The position numbers and the translations under genes were made by a program. A stretch of DNA of 64,000 bases from an uncultured bacterium (GTDB taxonomy: Bacteria; Bacillota_I; Bacilli_A; RFN20; CAG-826). Of the stretch, positions 59,052 to 64,000 are shown piece after piece. Position 1 is the first letter of the stretch; every line of letters begins with the position of its first letter. Under the pieces are notes generated by a model that was not told the DNA's origin, made no database searches, and saw only the letters and a program-made list of their open reading frames with translations. The stretch covers positions 156,105-220,104 of the forward strand of contig CASFCL010000001.1 in assembly GCA_949293255.1 (NCBI GenBank). The letters run 5' to 3'.

Positions 59052-59567
59052 TTATTCGGCAGCTACTTCTGCTTTTGGTTCTTCTTTGACACTTCTTGTA
59101 ATTCCAAAGAATGAACCGATTAATGATACTACCCAAGTAACACCAAACATAATCATGCCATTTATTGCAAGTTCTGCACTAGCAAGGTTTGCTGGAGTTT
59201 GAACTTCTTGAATAACATCTTCGTTTGAGAAGTAAATGTATGCTAATCCTTCAATTCTATCTCCAACGAATCCAAGTAAAGCGACTACTAAGAAGATAGG
59301 AATTAAGACTCTTAATACATCTGAAACCACTCTAACACCTGTTTCGACCCATTTATTTTTAGCTGGGACAAGAGGTAAGACGAGGGTAACGACTTCAAAT
59401 ACGATTGCAAGGACTGCCATTGCAACTACTGTTGAGTTATCCATGCCTTTGAAATATCCTTCCCCTGTAACGTTTGCACTAAACATTGCTAAACTAACAA
59501 TTGTAAGGACTAAGGTAACTACTGTAACGATTGCTCCAATCCAATATTTTTTAATGAGGGCTAACAT
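59052..59567 (-). CDS. small 4-TM membrane protein of unknown function, translationally coupled to the upstream GH3 gene
   Basis: 171 aa with four hydrophobic helices and an acidic C-terminus. Its ATG lies 2 nt after the GH3 stop (TAA-TA-ATG), with an SD (AGAGGA) inside the GH3 3' end. Confidence 0.55.
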   Translation of the reverse strand: MLALIKKYWIGAIVTVVTLVLTIVSLAMFSANVTGEGYFKGMDNSTVVAMAVLAIVFEVVTLVLPLVPAKNKWVETGVRVVSDVLRVLIPIFLVVALLGFVGDRIEGLAYIYFSNEDVIQEVQTPANLASAELAINGMIMFGVTWVVSLIGSFFGITRSVKEEPKAEVAAE

Positions 59568-59569
59568 TA

Positions 59570-62500
59570 TTATTTATCCTCCTTTTTGAATAAGTGTAAT
59601 CCATTGAGTGTGAAGTAACCAATTGCTGTGATTGATCCAAGAACTGCTGTTGTTGCAGTTGCTGCAATTAATCCACTTTCCCAAGCTGGCATTACATAAT
59701 ATGTTCTAACATTTAAGACAGCACTATTTGCAAATGCATATAATTGATATTTCATACATTCACGTGCCATTTCGACTAATTCATTATCACCATAAATGGC
59801 TTCTGGACTTAAATATCCATCCCAAGTTGCATCAACTCCACCTTCACCTAAGTTAAGATGTGAGTTATCACCAGCAAAGTCAGCCATTTGGGTGATTGTT
59901 GCTTGGATACATCCTTCTGGGTTGAAGTACCATTTATTGTTCATCATATCGGTTGAGATAAGACCTTTAAAGCCCCATTCATCTCTAACCATATCTTTAA
60001 AGATACCGACGTGATGTGAAGCATTGATTGCACCAATTCTATTGAATGCGACCATTAAACCTTTAGCTTTACCTTCTTCGACTGAACCTTGGAAGCCACG
60101 AAGATCGGTTTCTCTAAGTTTTTGTTCGTTCATGTAGACACAGATACCACTTCTATCATGTTCTTGATCATTGAAACCAATGTGTTTTGGACCATTGATG
60201 ATACCAAATTCATTTGTTCCTAAGACAAGTTCTCTACCAAGAACGTTTGTAAGCATTGGATCTTCTGATAAATATTCAGTATTTCTACCATTGTATGGAG
60301 TTCTGTGATAGTTAAGACCACCACCCCAAATTTGATATTCTCTAAGCCATAAACCCGAATTTCCAAGTAATCTACCCCATTCTCTAGCAAGTTCTGGGTT
60401 AAATGATGAACCAAGTAATGTTTGAGAATTCATAGCAGTTTTAAATTGTCCTGCTTCTGTTTCTGGATCAACATAATATTTATCTGTTGTTGGATCTTCT
60501 AAGTTGTTATTAGAAAGAGGTTTTCTATTGAATCCATTTGGACCATCATTTTGAACAACGACTGGGTTTTCAATATTAGTTAATGTATCTGATCTACTTC
60601 CACCATGAGCGACAGCACCAACTGCTTCTTCTGCTGGAATTGCATCAACTAGTCTATCCCAATATGGATCATCAATATTGTTAAGTATTGTGTCATCGAT
60701 TTCATCAGCTGAGAATTTTGCACCTGGAACACCATAGATGTTTTGAACTGGATCATCAGTCTTAATTGTATATTGTTCATTTCTTAATTCTCTAATCCAT
60801 TCATCTTTTCTTGGTGAATCAGCAAGAGTAATATCTTCTTCACAGTAGTTAATTGGATATGTTCCATCCCAATCTTGTCTACTTAAATATGTAACTTTGT
60901 TTGGAAGATAGTAGTTAAGATCAGCATTTGCACCGACATTTTCGATTTTTTCACCAGCTTCAGAAACTGAATATGTTGTTGTATCTGGATTTGCTTCGTT
61001 TCCGTTATTCCAAACTGCTACGTTTGTTGCGGTTCCACCAACACCAGCATTTGCATTTTTACTAGCAATAACATTCTTTAATGCTTCATGAGCACCGTTT
61101 CCAACTGTGAATGTGTAATCACCACCATCTAAAATATATGTTCCTGCTCCGTGTTCATCATAAGAAGCAATATATTTTGTAGGAATTTCAATTTCGACTG
61201 TTTCTGTTTGACCTGCTTTAACTTCAACTTTCTTTGAATTTAAGAATTGAATAGCTGATTTTTCAACTAAATTTTCTCTATCATAAGCAGTATATGGTGA
61301 ATTTACATAAAGTTGAGTTGTAAATAAGCCATCTGTTGTACCTTCGTTTTTAACTTCAACAGTTGCTGTAATTTTTCCATCAACTCTATCTTCAACATCG
61401 ATACTAGTAATTCTTTCAGTATAAGGAATATAGCTTAAACCATGACCGAATGTGTAATTAACTTCTTCATCATAACTCCAAGCACCACTTCCTTGTGTGA
61501 CACCTTTTGTTGAATTTGCTTTGAAAGTAGGATTCATGACTGAATCATACCATCTTGTTTCATAATAGTTATAACCAGTGTAGATACCTTCAGCTTCAAC
61601 AATGTAGTAACCACCTGAATAGGTTGTTGAACCACCAAATGATCCTGAAGTTGTATTAGCAATAGTTACTCCTGGCCATCTTGGATCTGGTTCAGCACAA
61701 ACTGATTCATAATCTGTATAGTATGCACCACCGAAGTTTTGCATAGCTGGAGATGATGTTGAACTTGCAGCATAAGTATCAGCAAGTTTACCAGTAGCAT
61801 TAACTTCTCCACCTAAAACATCGACAATACCATGGAATTGATAATCATTTGGAATACCAATATATGCGATACCATCAACTTCATATTCACCACTTACAAG
61901 TGGATCAATTTCGATTGTACATGATGTATTTAATAAAACTACAACTTTATCACAAGTTTCTTTTGCAGCTTTGACAACAGCAAGTTCTTCATCACTTAAA
62001 GCAAGTGGGTTCTTTCCTGTTGGATTTCCTTCCATATCAAGCGCACTACCTGGTTTATAAGTTGTACCTTCACCACCAGGTCTTAAGAATGTAACAATAC
62101 CAACTCCAGCTGTAACATTTGATTTCCAGTCGGATGCAGCACCAAATTCTGATTCAAATCTTGATGGATCGATTTCATAAATTTGATAATTTGTGTAATC
62201 ACCAGCAGAAGTATTTGGTTTATGATCTTGAACAATTGTTGTTCCCCATCTACCTTCTTCTTCATGTGTGACAGAAGCAATAGCGTCATAAATATCACTT
62301 ACAGTTTTATCAATACTATAACCAGCTTGAGTTAAAGCATCTCTTAATTTAACTGCATCAGTATTTCCTGCTTGCGACATATAAGGACTATATGAAGCAA
62401 GACCAAATAATGCGACACCATTTGACTTACTAAGTGGAAGAGCACCATTATCATTTTTCATAATAACTGTACCTTCTTGTCCTTGTTTAACGCCGAAATC

Positions 62501-62713
62501 TTTGAGTGCTTTCATCAAGTCCTCTGCTTTTGTATAACTTGATTTGTAGGTTTCTCCTTCGGTCTCAATAAAGTAGCTTTGAGTGTTAAGAGCACTATCT
62601 ACTGTTGATCTCCAAGTTTGAGCAATTCCTAAACCAATTCCAGCAAGAGCTGCAACTGATAAAAAGAGAGCTGAACCTCCACGGAGCACACTTAGAATTG
62701 TTTTCCTTTTCAT
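59570..62713 (-). CDS. glycoside hydrolase family 3 paralog (domain-permuted, signal peptide + C-terminal TM anchor)
   Basis: GH3 motifs HIGFNDQEHDRSG and GFKGLISTDMM lie near the C-terminus. The C-terminal TM helix is LIAATATTAVLGSITAIGYFTL, followed by KKEDK. The likely start is M28 (MKRKTILSVLRGG..., signal peptide) preceded by the SD AGGAGG. The ORF track's extension to 62794 is probably spurious. Confidence 0.75.
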   Translation of the reverse strand: MKRKTILSVLRGGSALFLSVAALAGIGLGIAQTWRSTVDSALNTQSYFIETEGETYKSSYTKAEDLMKALKDFGVKQGQEGTVIMKNDNGALPLSKSNGVALFGLASYSPYMSQAGNTDAVKLRDALTQAGYSIDKTVSDIYDAIASVTHEEEGRWGTTIVQDHKPNTSAGDYTNYQIYEIDPSRFESEFGAASDWKSNVTAGVGIVTFLRPGGEGTTYKPGSALDMEGNPTGKNPLALSDEELAVVKAAKETCDKVVVLLNTSCTIEIDPLVSGEYEVDGIAYIGIPNDYQFHGIVDVLGGEVNATGKLADTYAASSTSSPAMQNFGGAYYTDYESVCAEPDPRWPGVTIANTTSGSFGGSTTYSGGYYIVEAEGIYTGYNYYETRWYDSVMNPTFKANSTKGVTQGSGAWSYDEEVNYTFGHGLSYIPYTERITSIDVEDRVDGKITATVEVKNEGTTDGLFTTQLYVNSPYTAYDRENLVEKSAIQFLNSKKVEVKAGQTETVEIEIPTKYIASYDEHGAGTYILDGGDYTFTVGNGAHEALKNVIASKNANAGVGGTATNVAVWNNGNEANPDTTTYSVSEAGEKIENVGANADLNYYLPNKVTYLSRQDWDGTYPINYCEEDITLADSPRKDEWIRELRNEQYTIKTDDPVQNIYGVPGAKFSADEIDDTILNNIDDPYWDRLVDAIPAEEAVGAVAHGGSRSDTLTNIENPVVVQNDGPNGFNRKPLSNNNLEDPTTDKYYVDPETEAGQFKTAMNSQTLLGSSFNPELAREWGRLLGNSGLWLREYQIWGGGLNYHRTPYNGRNTEYLSEDPMLTNVLGRELVLGTNEFGIINGPKHIGFNDQEHDRSGICVYMNEQKLRETDLRGFQGSVEEGKAKGLMVAFNRIGAINASHHVGIFKDMVRDEWGFKGLISTDMMNNKWYFNPEGCIQATITQMADFAGDNSHLNLGEGGVDATWDGYLSPEAIYGDNELVEMARECMKYQLYAFANSAVLNVRTYYVMPAWESGLIAATATTAVLGSITAIGYFTLNGLHLFKKEDK

Positions 62714-62756
62714 TATAAGTTTTTCCTCCTTTAATTTTGTAACTTTACAATTACGG

Positions 62757-62797
62757 AACCTGCTTGAGCTATAAGAGATATGCTCAAGCAACAATGA
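62757..62797 (-). promoter_or_regulatory. perfect 8-bp inverted repeat GCTTGAGC-N12-GCTCAAGC in the GH3 5' UTR (no T-run; operator or RNA structure)
   Basis: CCTGCTTGAGCTATAAGAGATATGCTCAAGC, read on the plus strand. Confidence 0.35.
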
Positions 62798-62850
62798 ACA
62801 AGTAAAAAGTTTAAATTCATGTACTTTTTTCTTTTCAAAAAAATTATAAT

Positions 62851-62864
62851 TGAAAGCGCTTTCA
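62851..62864. promoter_or_regulatory. cre box TGAAAGCGCTTTCA adjacent to the -10 of the GH3 promoter
   Basis: The same 14-mer as at rhaB. On the minus strand it lies immediately 5' of TATAAT (62848..62843). Confidence 0.6.
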
Positions 62865-62978
62865 CTTGCTCAATTTTGATTGAATATTGAAAATAAATAT
62901 CTTAAATTATTGAAATTAAACAAAAATAATCACAATTAATCATTTAAAATAATCATTTATATTATTTTTTATCTTGAT

Positions 62979-63869
62979 TTAGTAATTTTTGATTTCTTTT
63001 TTAAGATAGTCTAAGAAAATAATTGCAGGTCTAGAAAGAATTTGAAACTTTTTGTATGCAATATCTAAAGATGATAAAAGGGTAGGTTTTAATGGTCTAA
63101 AAGTTAATTCAGAACTTTCATCTGTGCTAACTAATTTTTCTAAACATAAAGCACAACCAACTCCTTCTTTAACTAAAATTGATGCATTATATAAAAGATT
63201 ATAATGGCAAACTATATTTAAAGACTTATTATTGATCCAATCAAAAACAGGATTTTTCATTTCATCTTCAACATGTCTACTAATTAATAAAGGTAAATCT
63301 TTAAAATCATTTGGTTCAACAAATTCTTTTTGAGCAAGTGGGCAATCTTTTCTCATTAATAAACCCCAAGTATCATATAGAGGAAGTCGAATTGTGTTAT
63401 ATTTTGTAATTGAAGCAGGTTCAAGTAAAATACCAAAATCTATTAAACCTTTATCAATATCTTCTTCTGTTTCTGTTATACTTCCACTATGAATATCAAA
63501 TTTAATTAAAGGATAATCTTTTTGAATTTTCTTAATTACCTTAGCAATAACAGAAAAAGCGTAAGTTTCAGCTCCGCCAATATAAATTGTTCCACTAATT
63601 TCTTTATCTTTTTTATAATTTAAAATTGCAGCTTCGTTTTTATCATAAATATTAACAATTTCTTCAGCTCTTTTTTTAAAAAATAATCCTTCTTCAGTAA
63701 GAATCATGCGTTTTTGTTCACGTTGAAAGAGAATTTGACCAATTTCAAATTCTAAATTTTTAATTTGTCTAGTTAAATTTGGCTGAGTAGTATGTAAAAT
63801 TTCAGCTGCTTTAGTTAAACTACCAGTATCTGCTACTGCTAAGAAGTATTTAAGAGCCCTAATTTCCAT
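62979..63869 (-). CDS. LysR-family transcriptional regulator
   Basis: 296 aa with the N-terminal HTH MEIRALKYFLAVADTGSLTKAAEILHTTQPNLTRQIKNLE and a C-terminal substrate-binding domain. Confidence 0.85.
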   Translation of the reverse strand: MEIRALKYFLAVADTGSLTKAAEILHTTQPNLTRQIKNLEFEIGQILFQREQKRMILTEEGLFFKKRAEEIVNIYDKNEAAILNYKKDKEISGTIYIGGAETYAFSVIAKVIKKIQKDYPLIKFDIHSGSITETEEDIDKGLIDFGILLEPASITKYNTIRLPLYDTWGLLMRKDCPLAQKEFVEPNDFKDLPLLISRHVEDEMKNPVFDWINNKSLNIVCHYNLLYNASILVKEGVGCALCLEKLVSTDESSELTFRPLKPTLLSSLDIAYKKFQILSRPAIIFLDYLKKEIKNY

Positions 63870-63889
63870 ATATCAATTATAACATTTTG

Positions 63890-63904
63890 TTATAGATATT
63901 ATAA
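63890..63904. promoter_or_regulatory. LysR-type box TTATA-N5-TATAA (T-N11-A) upstream of the lysR gene
   Basis: The palindrome TTATAGATATTATAA lies 20 nt upstream of the LysR start. A possible divergent ORF (ATG at 63979, MKINVLI...) runs off the window end. Confidence 0.4.
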
Positions 63905-64000
63905 ATACTAAACATATTTGAATATAAAAATCATCATTAAACTTGCTTTAAATTATTGATAGAACTATCATTTTAATTATGAAAATTAACGTATTAATCA

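Noticed and set aside
62714-62794. An N-terminal extension MLLEHISYSSSRFRNCKVTKLKEEKLI on the second GH3.
   Set aside because: It overlaps the UTR hairpin. A strong SD (AGGAGG) and a signal peptide begin at M28.
1-64000. A search for CRISPR arrays, transposases, integrases, phage genes, toxin-antitoxin pairs or known defence-system gene sets.
   Set aside because: No direct-repeat/spacer arrays were found. No DDE/HUH transposase, tyrosine or serine recombinase, or phage structural ORFs were recognised. The AAA+ protein at 38038..38970 is the housekeeping DnaI beside dnaB. A defence system cannot be supported from this sequence.
1-64000. Possible use of the TGA=Trp genetic code (Mollicutes).
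   Set aside because: Long ORFs are intact under the standard code and use TGG for Trp. There is no evidence for recoding.

Overview
The window is a low-GC (about 30% GC) chromosomal segment that uses the standard genetic code. TGA is read as stop, judged from long ORFs that are intact and use TGG for Trp. It is typical of a Bacilli- or Mycoplasmatota-like Firmicute, probably Erysipelotrichia or Acholeplasma-like. It is mostly core genome:
- ileS with a T-box leader.
- A minimal dcw cluster (mraZ, rsmH, a small FtsL-like gene, ftsA, ftsZ).
- pheST with a T-box leader.
- glgB-glgP.
- A compact ackA-nrnA-dnaE-polA-(fpg::coaE fusion) operon.
- dnaB-dnaI.
- pfkA-pyk.
- thrS with a T-box leader.
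- gpmA, tex, a CDF transporter, and tRNA-Pro(TGG) and tRNA-Arg(ACG).
Two carbohydrate-utilisation regions carry the accessory content. The first (21.3-28.7 kb) has a LytTR-type two-component system, a surface-anchored domain-permuted GH3 and a Big2/CBM/esterase lipoprotein. The second (50-63.9 kb) has a rhamnose or rhamnoside locus: a GPH transporter with a long KE-rich tail, a cytoplasmic GH78 rhamnosidase, rhaD, rhaA, rhaB and a divergent DeoR regulator. It is followed by a second membrane-anchored permuted GH3 coupled to a small 4-TM protein, and a LysR regulator. Four near-perfect cre (CcpA) boxes sit at the promoters of these sugar genes. An 18-bp element is shared between the rhaB and GH3 promoters. 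The sequence also shows MraZ operator repeats, several palindromic operators, a candidate promoter+terminator-bounded small RNA between thrS and gpmA, and a 1256-aa surface lipoprotein in an operon with a TrmH methyltransferase and a DUF45 metallohydrolase. I found no CRISPR array, no transposase or integrase, no prophage and no obvious defence system. Several calls are provisional and need HMM or BLAST confirmation: the domain architecture of the GH3 proteins and the esterase, the FtsL-like gene, the DUF177 assignment and the Bacillus-type DnaB identity.
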